Source: Octopus vulgaris (Eukaryota). Taken from it: a stretch of 64,000 bases of DNA. The notes under the pieces were generated by a model. The model saw only the letters and a list, made by a program, of their open reading frames with translations. It had not been told where the DNA came from and searched no databases. This document shows, one piece after another, positions 26,801-38,944 of this stretch; positions within the stretch are counted from its first letter, which is position 1; every line of letters starts with the position of its first letter. The stretch spans positions 77,624,001 through 77,688,000 of the forward strand of contig OX597816.1 in the NCBI GenBank assembly GCA_951406725.2, read 5' to 3'. The position numbers and the translations under genes are program-made.

Positions 26801-27818
26801 TGGTTATAAATTGATACAGCGGGAGATACAACGCATCATTGTAAGAAGTCATGGTAATGTATAACCAGCACACGTTTCATTAGATTGCAATCCTGTGCTC
26901 CGATGCTTCCACGGGGTTACTTGGAGAGAGAAGAATTCCATTATTTGACTTGCAACAATTCACAATAAATGTTTGGTTGTGATCCCTGTAATTTAATGGA
27001 TTGGGGAACTCACTTCACATTTAGTAAGCATTTTGGTAATAGCTGCAGTTTATTAATGTTTTCTGTGTCTCTTTCAGATATCTTGTAGACTGTGATATAT
27101 GCAGAAAGAGCTTCCATGGCCACTGTGCTGAACTCACTTTGGAAGATATGCAAAGGATTTTACAAGATGGAGAGAAATTTGTCTGTGATAACTGTCCTTT
27201 GGAAGGAACCACTTTACCTGTAACAACAGAACCAGCAAAAGAAGAGTCTACAACATCAGAAGCTGCAGGTTGGTTTCGTTATATATAAATATATATAAGT
27301 TATCTTGCATTGATTGCCATTCCTTTCTTCCTCCTGATAGTTTGAAGGGATGTTTAGTAGAATTGGTCAACTATCTATGTAGAGCTTAGTAAATTTTGTT
27401 AAATGTTCAACCAGAGGCTGGTTGAATGCTTATGCAACACCAAATTAGCTGTGATGTTATGAAGATACATATTGAGGAGTGGATTATGTAGATTTGTGAA
27501 GATGCAATTAGTATTGACTGTAATCGAGAGTTCACAGCTGGCATTAGCTGTTAATTTCATCAGACTCTGTTGAAACTGGCTGCAGGCTGGAGCAGACAGA
27601 GGCTGGAGGAGAGAGAGCTTTTACTGGCTGTAGGTTGGAGGAGAAAGAGCTGGTACTGGCCATAGGCTTGAGTAGACAGCTGAAACTGGTTGTAATTTAC
27701 AAAGGGCACAGATGAAACTGGGAGTAAGTTTGTGTGGGCACCACCTAAATTGGTTGTAGGTTTAATGGGATGTCATCATCATCATCATCGTTTATTGCCA
27801 TGTATGTATGTATATATT

Positions 27819-27856
<38 letters not shown>

Positions 27857-30800
27857 CATGGCGTTAAACATAAAACTACATACATGGCGTTAAACATAAA
27901 ACTATATATAGTGGAGGCACATGGCCTAGTGGTTAGAGCACTGGATAAGGCGGCGAGCTGGCAGAAACGTTAGCACGCCGGGCGAAATGCTTAGCGGTAT
28001 TTTGTCTGCGTTACGTTGTGAGTTCAAATTCCGCCGAGGTCGACTTTGCCTTTCATCCTTTCGGGGTCGATAAATTAAGTACCAGTCACGCACTGGGGTT
28101 GATGTAATCGACTTAATACCTATGTCTGTCCTTGTTTGTCCCCTCTGTGTTTAGCCCCTTGTGGGTAATAAAGAAATAGGTTAGAGCAGTGGATTCGCGG
28201 TCGAGGGATCGCAGGTTCGAATCTCAACTGGGCGATGTGTGTGTTTATGAGCAAGACACCTAAGCTCCATGCGGCTCCAGCAGAAGGTAATGGTGAACTT
28301 CTGCTGACTCTATGGCCACAACTTTCTCTTACTCTTTCCCCCTGCATCTAGCAGCTCACCTGCGATGGACTGGCGTCCCATCCAGGTGGGAAACCTATAT
28401 GCCAATGAAACCGAGAAACCGGCCCATTATGAGCCAGGCATGGCTTGAGAAGGAACAAACAAAAAATATCTCATATAAGGAGAGAGAGAGAGAGAAAAGA
28501 AATGGTGAGAGAAAAATGTGTCAAGATTAATAGATTAATTCCAAGGACTGGAAATTTTTTAAGGTTGCTACAAAAACATAGTACAAGTAAGTTTAAGTTT
28601 AATGTGCATCCTACCTCCCGTTTTATTGCATAATCCAAAAATTATTTGAACTAACATTAACCAAAAAGCCAGTGTATGAAAATAAATCTCTTAATTTGGT
28701 ATTTGAATATATCTTGTGTAACTCCTAGACATGCCAATATTTGAAAGAAATTGTATTACTGTGTTACTATGTCTTTTTATTTCTATAGTATTTTGGTTTT
28801 AAAATAAACTATGGCTAGACCATATATCCAAATAACTTGCTAAATGAACAAAATTTAAAAACAAAAATTAATTTTGCTACATAATTTTAGGCATGCTTGT
28901 TTCACTAGTTTTAGAGATACCAATGGGAAAGCTCAACTAAATAAACTGGACAAAAACAGAAGCACCTGATTTGAAGTCAAATGAATTGACCTCACTACTT
29001 AGTTTTCTTTTTAAGCCTGTCTCTTTTGCTGAACTGCTAAGTAACAAGGATATAAACACACCAACACTGGCTGTTAAGCAATAGTGGGGGATGAACACAA
29101 TCATGCATGTGCGTACACACACACATGCGCGTACACATACACACACAGTAGGTTTCTTTTAGTTTCTGTCTACCAAATCCACTTACAAGGATTTGGTCGA
29201 CCTGGGGCTATAGTTGAAAAAAACCTGACCATGTTGCCATGCAGTGAGACCGAACCTGGAACCATGTGGTTGGGAAGCAAGCTTCTTACCACACAGCCAT
29301 GTTTGGCTGTTGTTATTTTTTCTTCATTTTCAGTCATGGAAAATACTTTTTTCTTATTAAATATGTATAACATCCTTATTGATTTTTCTTTCCTGTAGTT
29401 CCTGTCCAAGTTGATGCATCAGTATCTGATAAATCTACAGCCGTTGTCAAATCAAAAGAAGACAACAGTGAATCAACTAAGAAAACCAAAGTATGTTTGC
29501 AAACTGTTTTCCATTTTGTCTTTAAATTTAAAAATTGTTTTTTTTAAAATTTCTATCCAAGTTTTAAATTTATTTTCAAAATACAAATCAAAAATATTAA
29601 ACATTTATTTCTATACATTTCCAAATTTGGAAATTAGTCAGACTTGATCTCTGCGGGATTTAAATCCAAACTTAGAAGGTCGAGACAAATACTATTACAT
29701 ATTTAATCCAAAGTTCTAGTGTCTCAGTTGTGTCCTCCATTCTTCATATGGTATATGACCTGTACGCATGCCCTGTCTTTGTATGTTTTAGTTACAAAAG
29801 TTTCTGTATGAAATATAACTATACTGTTCATAGTTTAACAAAATTGCTGTAATGAATAATCATGTGAACAACATTAATATTTTTTGTCTTGATTTATTTG
29901 TACTATTTTCTTTTTAACAGAATAAAAAATCTGTGTCAAGTGAACCCAATGTTTCTAAAGCAGCTTCAAAGGAGTCTGTGAACAACAGTGATGTAACCAC
30001 AACACCTAAAAAATTGCTAACGTCGAGTGCCAAGAAAGAAAAATTAACTGCTGCTAGTAATGAAGCTACACATAAAAAGGAAGCATTGACACATATCACC
30101 ACTCCTGTGACCACTTCAAAACCCACTTCTGTGTCCTCTACAAAATCTGCACCTGTGTCCACTGCAAAGTCTACTCCCACGTCCACAACAAAATCCACTC
30201 CTGTTTCCACTACAAAGACCACAACTGTACCCACTGCAAAGACCACTCCCGTGCCCACTACAAAGACTCCTGCTGTGCCCGCTGCCAAGATAACCCCGGT
30301 GTCCACTACAAAGCCCACTACAAAAACTACTCCTGTGTCCACTACGAAAACACCTGTGTCTTCTACAGTGACCACTCCTGTAGCCACCACAAAAACCACT
30401 TCCATATCTACTACAGACACCACCCCCATATCCACTACAAACACCACCTCTGTGTCCACTACAAATACTACTTCTGTGTCCACTACAAACACTACTCCTG
30501 TTTCTATATCAAAGAAAGCTCCAAGTGAAAGCAAAATACCTCGTAAAAGTTCCAGAGATGGAGACACTGAGAAAGAGAAGCAGAAGACTCCTGTTAGTAA
30601 AGATAATAAGAGGAAACTGTCGACAGAACACTATGAATCTAAAGATGCTAAAGACCGCCAGAATTCAAAAGAACGTGCTGAGGTTAGTAGCAAGGAGCGG
30701 AGATATAAGGACAGGAAAGATTACAGCAGGGATAAGCACAAATCTTCTTCGAAAGAGCGTGACAGGCGAGACAGCAAAGATAAAGACAAAGATTATGCAA

Positions 30801-33800
30801 ATAATTCTCCGAGCACTAAGTCGTTTGGAAATCTGACCCCTCGCAAACCAGAAGTGTCTTCTGCTCAAGTATCGTCCAGCACTGGTACTGAAAATGAGAA
30901 GAAAACATCTCCAACATCAGACTCTGCAAAGAAGAAAAAACTTCTTCATTTCAAAGACATGGTAATTATCCCTTTGTGTTTATGGTTAGTTTTGTGTGAG
31001 TTTTTGCCCTCTCTTCTTTCAGGGAACCTATTTACAGTTACAGTCAATGTTGACAAGATACAAGCTATTAACTCTTTGTCAGTTTAGATGGTAATATATC
31101 ACTTCAGTTAACTTTGAATGATTTAAACATAGTTATTGCTTAACATTTTTTTTTTGTTTATGTTGTTTGGAGACTTTTTTCCTCTGTCTAGACAACTTGC
31201 TTGTCTATTTGATAATGAGTACTATTCTTAATGTATGTACTTTCTGATTATTAAAGAAAGATTTACAGCTTTAAAAACACACTTTTCTCCAACAAAGTGA
31301 TTGTATAGCAAGAAGTTTGCTTTGCAATCACATGGTTCTGTGTTCAGTCCCACTGCATGGAATCTGGGGCATCTTTTACTATAGCCCTGGGCTGACCAAA
31401 GTCTTGTGAGTAGATTTGGTTGATAGAAACTGTGTGAAAGCCCATTGTGTGTATGTATGTGTGTATGCATATATACACACACATGCGTGCGTGTGTGTGC
31501 ATATGCATATATATACATGTGTGGGTGTGTGTTAGTCACCCACCACCACTTGACAGCTGTTGTTGGTTTGTCTACATCTCTGTAAATGCAATTTGGCATA
31601 AGGAACTGATAGAGTAAGTACCAGGCTTCTTAAAATAAGTACTGTGGGTTGATTACCATCGTTCAGGGTGGTACCCCAGTATGGCCACAGTCCAATGACT
31701 GATACAAGTATAACATAAATGATAAGCAAACCAGATTTACTTCTGCATGCCTAAAGTCTGACTTGAGCAGCAGCGGCTCATGAGATTTTCAAGATATTTT
31801 TTGCTGAAAATGAAAGGATGCTAACAACCCCCGTCCCCGATCACTTGAGAGTTGTCTTGATAGAAAACATAAGACAATGCTGGTGACAGGATTAGAACTG
31901 TTAACTTCTTAGCCAGTTGGGTATTTGATATCTTACTGAGTTAGACATAAATATTTTTGAATTAATAGGATTGAATAATGCAGTAATTTTAAGAATCCAA
32001 ATGTGTTTCTTTGTAAATAACCTCAGTTATTATTATGTCAGTTTCAAAAGTATGGTGAAGCACAAAATTTTGCATGTTAGGCCTCACAGAAGCAATGACA
32101 AGTGACTGAGATTTTTGGCAATTTGCTGTGCTTGAGAAGACCTGGCAAGCCAAGTGTGATCATAGCCATGGCTGATGCCAGTGTTGCATAATTGGCCCAT
32201 TTAAAAGCACCTTTCAGTTGTCGGGCCATATGCCATGCTTGTGAAGACCTGTTGAACCAAGTGAAATCGTAGTTGTGGCCAATGCCAGTGCTGCCTGACT
32301 GGCATGTAAAAAGCACCATTCAAGCAGGACCAATGCTAGTGTCAACTGACTGGCTCCTGTGCTGGTGGCATGTAAAAAGCACCATTCGAGTGTGGCTGAT
32401 ACCAGTGCTGCCTGACTAGCACCTGTGCCGGTGGCATGTAAAAAGCACCATTTGAGTGTGACCAATGCCAGTGCCACCTGACGGGCACGTAAGAAGTACC
32501 GTTCAAGAGGTTGATGCCAGTGCTACCTGACTGGCTGCTGTAGCATGTAAAAAGCACCCACTATACTCTTGGACTGGTTGGTGTTAGGAAGGGTATCCAG
32601 CTGTAGAAACCTTCCAAATTAGATTGGAACCTGGTCCAGCTTGCCAGCCCTCTGTCGAACTGTCCAACTCATGCCAGCATGGAAACGACGATGATAATGA
32701 TGAATTCCATTATACAGCACCTTAAGGAAGTGTCTTGTCTTGTTCTATGGTCCCAGGTTGACCAGTGCCTTGTGAATGAATTTGTTAAACAGAAACTGTA
32801 GGGAGCCTCTTGTGTGTGTGTGTGTGTGTGTATCATCATTATTATAAGCATGAATGTGGACACCCCATAGTTTTGCTTGAGCAAAATGGTAATGTGTTAA
32901 TATTCTTTGTTGACATTGTGGTTGGTTCTGTGTTTTGAAGACATGTAGAATAAGAAATCATGACAGGGAGAGCATCCAGCTGCAAAAATCTTTCCTCAAA
33001 TACCGCCATGTTTAATTCATGCTAGCATAAAGAAACTGACATTGAATGGACGAATGCACTCAGCCTGTTATTTTCTTGATTATTCCATTATCTTTGTGTT
33101 GTTTCAGGATCTAAAGAAACGGACATTTCAACAGTGTATTGGTGCTGGTTGTAAAAAGGATGCTCGGACAGGATCTGTCTATTGCAGTGATGAATGCATT
33201 GTAAGACATGCTCAGGAATCATTGGCATTGTTGAAGAATGAACGGCACTTTCAGCAAACTGGCCAGAAAGTGAGTTTTGTCTAAGTTTTATTCTTCTCAT
33301 ATGTGAAATGGTAGTATAGCCTTCATCATCCTAAATTAGCCAATTTGAACTCACACGCACAAACACACATGCACAAACACACACGGCCTCTCTCACGCAC
33401 ACGCATAAACACATACTCCCTCACGCATGCACACACATGCACTTACTCTCTCTCTCACACTCACACATTTGCATAAACACACACACATGTATCTCTTTAA
33501 CCTTTTAGCATTCAGTTTACTTTGTCAAATGTTTGAGCACTCCATCGGTTACAACGACGAGGGTCTCAGCTGATACAATCAACGAAACAGCCTGCTCATG
33601 AAATTAACGTGCAAGTGACTGAGCAATCCACAGACACGCGTACCCCTAACGTAGTTCTCAGGGAGATTCAGCATGACACAGAGTGTGACAAGGCCTGCCC
33701 TTTGAAATACAGGTACAACTCATTTTTGCCAGCTGAGTGGACTGGAGCAACGTGAAATAAAGTGTCTTGCTCAAGGACACAACGTGCCGCCGGGAATTGA

Positions 33801-36800
33801 ACTCACGACCTTACAATCATGAGCCGAATGCCCTAACCACTAAGCCACGTGCCTTATTTATTCACATTGTTTTGAATTAATCATACATCATCTTGTAACT
33901 TCCAAGATTTTGATGATGTGATTATTTATTTTTAGATTGACATTGGAGAGTAGGTGTAGGAGGCCAAATTTAGATGGTTTGAACATAAAACAAAATAGAA
34001 TATTTGGGCTGGATACGGCTGGTTTAAATGCTAAAAGGTTAATGGGTTGTTGGGCTGTCAGTGAGCACCTTCCTTTGAGTTGAAGCCACATCAGTTAGCT
34101 TGCTGAGGCACATCTATCTAATTTCTTGCCCAGCCTTCCTTCATTTATACCACAGGAAGATCCCTCATATACTATGAGCTTAGGTTTTCTACTTTAGAAA
34201 TGTGTTTTTAAAGGGTTTTTTGTATTGATTATGTTAAGATTCAATTTCTTAGTATTAATGATGGCTATTATGTCATTGGGTTGACTTAACAGGCATTATT
34301 AAAGCTGTGTCTAGTCATGAATGGTTGGGATACCATTGACAAATATATTTCAGTGTAGTATGACACAAATATCTCTCCAGTCTATTTGCAACCATGAGAA
34401 GAAATAACTGAAATGACAAAGGAAGCACCTCAACCAAAAGTGTTGTACATTATGTTCTCTGGAAGGTTTCTCTCTTTTCTTTGATACTTGGACATGTTTG
34501 TGGCCAAGTATTTTGAATTGAAAACATTTAGAATTGGATACCTGTGTGTGTGTGTGTGTGTGTGTGTGAGTGTGTGTGTGAGCCTGTGTTTAAAGTTTAC
34601 AAATTTTTGATAATCATGTTTGAGTGTTTTAATTGAAAATTACTTGTTTATGATTAATATCTATCTTCAAATTTGGTCAAGGTCTGCTATGAGATTGATT
34701 GACTTGTTAGACTCTTCTTTCAGTTTATGCATGCAACTAAACTAGGCTTTTGTTCAGAAATAATTATTCTTTTAAATTTTGGTACAAGGCCAGCAATTTT
34801 GAGAGGAGGAGAAGTTGGTTACATCAGCTCTAGTGATCACTTGGGTACTTGTTTTATCAACCCCATTAGTATGAAAGACAAAGTCAGCCTCACCTACATT
34901 TGAACTTGATGTAAAACTGGAAGAAATGCTGCTAAGCATTTTGTCCAGCATGCTAACGATTCTGCCAGCTTGCTGCCTTTATTAGTATTGTCATTGTAGC
35001 TGGTGCCCATAAGGGTCCACGATAATAACACAAATAGGTGGGGTTTACATCAGTCAAAGAGAGCCACTACAACAATAAGGATATAACAAAAGAATATGAA
35101 AATAGAATTTAGAAAATTATGTAAATAATAAACTTGCTTATTAAAAAATCTTTCACTCTCTTCTATTATTTGCCTTGTTTGTATTGTTAAAATTTTTTGA
35201 AGTATATCTAAGTATTTTGAAATATATTAACCATTTGCTATTATTTGTTTTCCAGCCGAGTGAAAAATCCATAAACCCGCAGCCAACTCCACAGCTGCTG
35301 CCATCTCTGAAGAAGGAAAGCAACAGCAAAGTGGTGGTGCTGGAGAGGAAGAGTGGTCGTATTTTAACTGGGCCAACAGCTCCCACGGAATCTGTGCTCA
35401 GAGAGTGGCTCACGGAACATCCTACATTTGAGGTGCTGCAACCATCGCAGGGTCTCCACAAGACACCTCCCTTTTATGGTAATCTTCGCTAAGTTTTTTT
35501 TTTATTGTGTATTGGCAAGGTGTCCTATGTTTTAGTTGTTTGGGATGGTTGGCTCCTTTCATCTCATCAGTTGTATCTTTTATAATGAGGGGTAAAAAGA
35601 AACAAAAAAACAGTCATGAGGATAAAGTCCAATTTAAACCAAAACTTGGTAATAATTCTTTGGCATTCTTATCCAGTAGTAACAATTCAGTCTTTGATAG
35701 AAGAGAGCACTATTCTAATGCAGGTACTATTGATAGGAGAGTTTTATACATATTTTAAACAATCACTTCCGATCAGAGTTTAGTTTAGAAATAAACAGAT
35801 AAATAAATAAGGGGTATACAATATAAAAAAATTACTTCCAAAAGACGAATTTCCACAATGCAAGCCCGTTTAGCATAAATTTCGAGTAAGGGGAATAACT
35901 CCTGGTAGCAATATTTTGTCCATTGAAAACGAGCCAAACAACTGAAGTTGACGACAAAATTGTCAAAACACAGTAGAGCAACCGTTAATTTATTCTTTAA
36001 CAAGTTTTTAGCCAAGCGACTTCAGTCGTACAGCTTCTATCTGTTAATTTTCTCTCACAAGGCTTTTGTTAAATGTAGAAAGCTCTTGACCAGGGGTGTT
36101 GTACAGTGACATTAAAAGCTGAACCTATTAGTTAAACACAGACACACACAGGCCAGTTAATTCTGTATAGGAGTATTTTGGCTTAATATTTCGTAACATA
36201 ATTATTCAAGCTTAGATTTGTGCTGCAGCATGGATTAGCAACCATTATCTTAGCTTATGCCCCTCAGCCAGGGCCACCAGATGAACAGAAAGACCAATTT
36301 TATGACACCCTCTTGCAGACTACCTTGTTGATGAATGACAAAGACCTTCTCTTTGTGGCTGGTAACTTCAATAGGCATGTTGGACAACATGTGTGAGGCT
36401 TCCATGGTGTACATGGTGGCTATGGATTTCATTCCCACAATGAGGAGGGAACCAGGCTGCTGGAGATTTGTGATGCAAATGATCTTATGGTCTGTAATAC
36501 TAGCGTCAGGAAACCTACCAGTCACTTATTAACCTACCGGTCTGGTGGTCACATTAGTCAAATTGACTACATCCTCATCAGGAAACGGGAAAGATGGCTA
36601 CTTATAAATGCCTTCCTAAGTGAAGAATGCACCCCACAACATAGGTTAGTAGTTAGTGATTTCAGGATCAGGGCTAAATGGATGTCCAGAAGACAACCAG
36701 CATGGAAAAGAAGGGTCTGGAAGTTTAAGGATACTGTGAATGGACAGAGATCTAGAGACTCAAAACTTTTGACAAAGAAGAGGAGGATATAGCATCACAT

Positions 36801-38895
36801 AATGTGGAAGACAATTGGAGGTTCCTATAGGACAACCTGTTGAGGGCTACTGACCAGATCTGTGGCTGGTGCAAAGTCCCCTCTCGACCTAAGGTAATGT
36901 GGTGGTGAAACAATGTAGTTGACAGGGCCATTAGGGAAAAGAAACAGGCATGGAAGAATGTTGCCAGAAGGGAAGCTAGGAGACAGGTTTACTTAGCCTG
37001 AGGGGAAGCATATAAGAAAAAAATTTGCCAATGTTTAGCATCATGAGAACCAAAGATTTGAAGTGTTTCGTATTGCAAGACTGTGTGTGAGAGAGAATCA
37101 TGATGTCATAGGAGAGAAATGTGTCCACATAGATGATGACTCATTTGCATTTAGTGATGCGGCAAAGAGAGAGACTTGGAGACACCACTGTGAAAAGTTG
37201 CTGAATGAAGAGAATGAATGGGAAAAAGAGAGTCTGCTGAATGTTGACCCAACAGAGGAACCAGCTATCCGAATAGACAGTACCTTGGTAGATAAAGCAA
37301 TTAAGGGTATGAAAACAGGGAAAGCCCCTGGCCCATCAGGAATTACCGCAGAGATGCTTAAAATATTTGGTGGTGTTGGCTATAGTCTAGTTAGCTGTAT
37401 AGTCAATCAGGTGATACATGAAGGAGTCATACCCAATGACTGGTGTATTAGCACCATAGTCAACTGCTACAAAGGCATGCAGCCATAAAAAAAAAAAAAT
37501 GCCTGAACAGATAATGGAGCCTGGTGCAGTCCTTAACCTACCAGCTCTTGCCATACCATTCGAACCATGCCAGCATGGAAAATGGATGTTAAATGATGAT
37601 GCTGAGGATGATGATCATATTATACCAGACTGTTTATTGTGAGCGTTGGCTGATATGTTTGTTCATTCATTCATTCATTTTTATGTCCATTTTTCCATGC
37701 TAGCATGGGTTAGTTGAATACATTTTTGTATGATCTTCTTCAGTTATTCTGTATTTTCAAATCTGTTTAAATTGATAGTATTGTTGGCGAGTATATTTAT
37801 TTCTTGCATGTATTATGTCTTTCATTCAGGAAAAGATAAGGATAAACGACAACCCCAGCCTGAAAAGAAAATTTCTACAGAACCTAAGAAGAAAGAACCT
37901 GAGCCTAAACAAGGAAACCAAGTTCCCAAAGGACCAGATGATGTACGACTTAATGTCAAAAAGTCTCTGCACGAGGCTTTGTCAAATAGGTAAACTATCA
38001 TGTTAAAATAGTTATTTCTGTGGCATTTCTTTGATGGTTAGTATATATATATATAGGGAGAGTTTATGAAAAAAACAAAAGACAAAGACATGTGGTGTAC
38101 AAAACAAACAGATGTATTAGTATAATACTCAGGAATAGAAAAGGTCTTTTACGTTTCGAGCTTACGCTCTTCTACAGAAAGGGACACAGAAAAAAACAAG
38201 GAGAGAAAATATATATATATTGACTGGAAACTGTTTATTGATATCACAAATTACTCTTTGATTGTAGTTAAGTCTTTTGTTGTAATGACAATAAATCATT
38301 GTTTTGAAATTTACTTTCATAGGTGTGGGCTTACTCTGTTGTTAAGAAGTTCACTTTGTAACAACATGATTTTTAGGTTCAAATTGGAGGTCAACACCTT
38401 ATCAATTGCTCAGTTCCAAATGGTTATTTATCAAACCTTTATATAAACCTTTGTTTACAACCAGTAGTTAATGATATTATCTGTTGCAGGGCACGAGAAG
38501 CTAATGATATCAATCATCACAATAGCAGCATACGCAATTTGGTGATAAACATTGAGGAAGAGTTGCATCGATTGTATAATGATAGTGGTCAGAAATACAA
38601 GGCACGATACCGCAGTCTCATCTTCAACATTAAAGATAGCAACAATAAGGTAAGTACATAGAAAGCGACATGAAATAAATAGCCTGTGAAACTGAATGTT
38701 AGATTTAAAACTGATTTATACAATGTACACAGCGTCATGTATTGCAGCATTTTATTTATTATTGGAACAAGATATTATTAAATGTTGGAGTAGCAAAAAC
38801 GATAATATACCAGCTAAAAGCTGTATAGTATTTAATGAAGTGGGTTCTAAGTTTTAATTCATTAAAATTACTCCCATAGTGAGAAGAATCGATCA

Positions 38896-38944
<49 letters not shown>

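Noticed and set aside
27570-27765. Degenerate 30-bp G-rich tandem repeat (actggctgtaggttggag)
   Set aside because: Short decayed intronic minisatellite with no further support for function
27911-28230. tRNA-like sequences with A and B boxes (also 33790-33855 and 40895-40960)
   Set aside because: They are SINE heads followed by SINE bodies; no complete cloverleaf
29914-30567. 217-aa Val-rich minus-strand ORF, and similar antisense ORFs at 14896-15294, 17488-17904 and 52408-52806
   Set aside because: Antisense shadows of low-complexity coding exons
30962-31087. Read-through of exon 10 giving a hydrophobic C-terminus, a possible short DIDO1-like isoform
   Set aside because: A good donor exists at 30962 and T-rich intron sequence explains the hydrophobic residues; no transcript evidence
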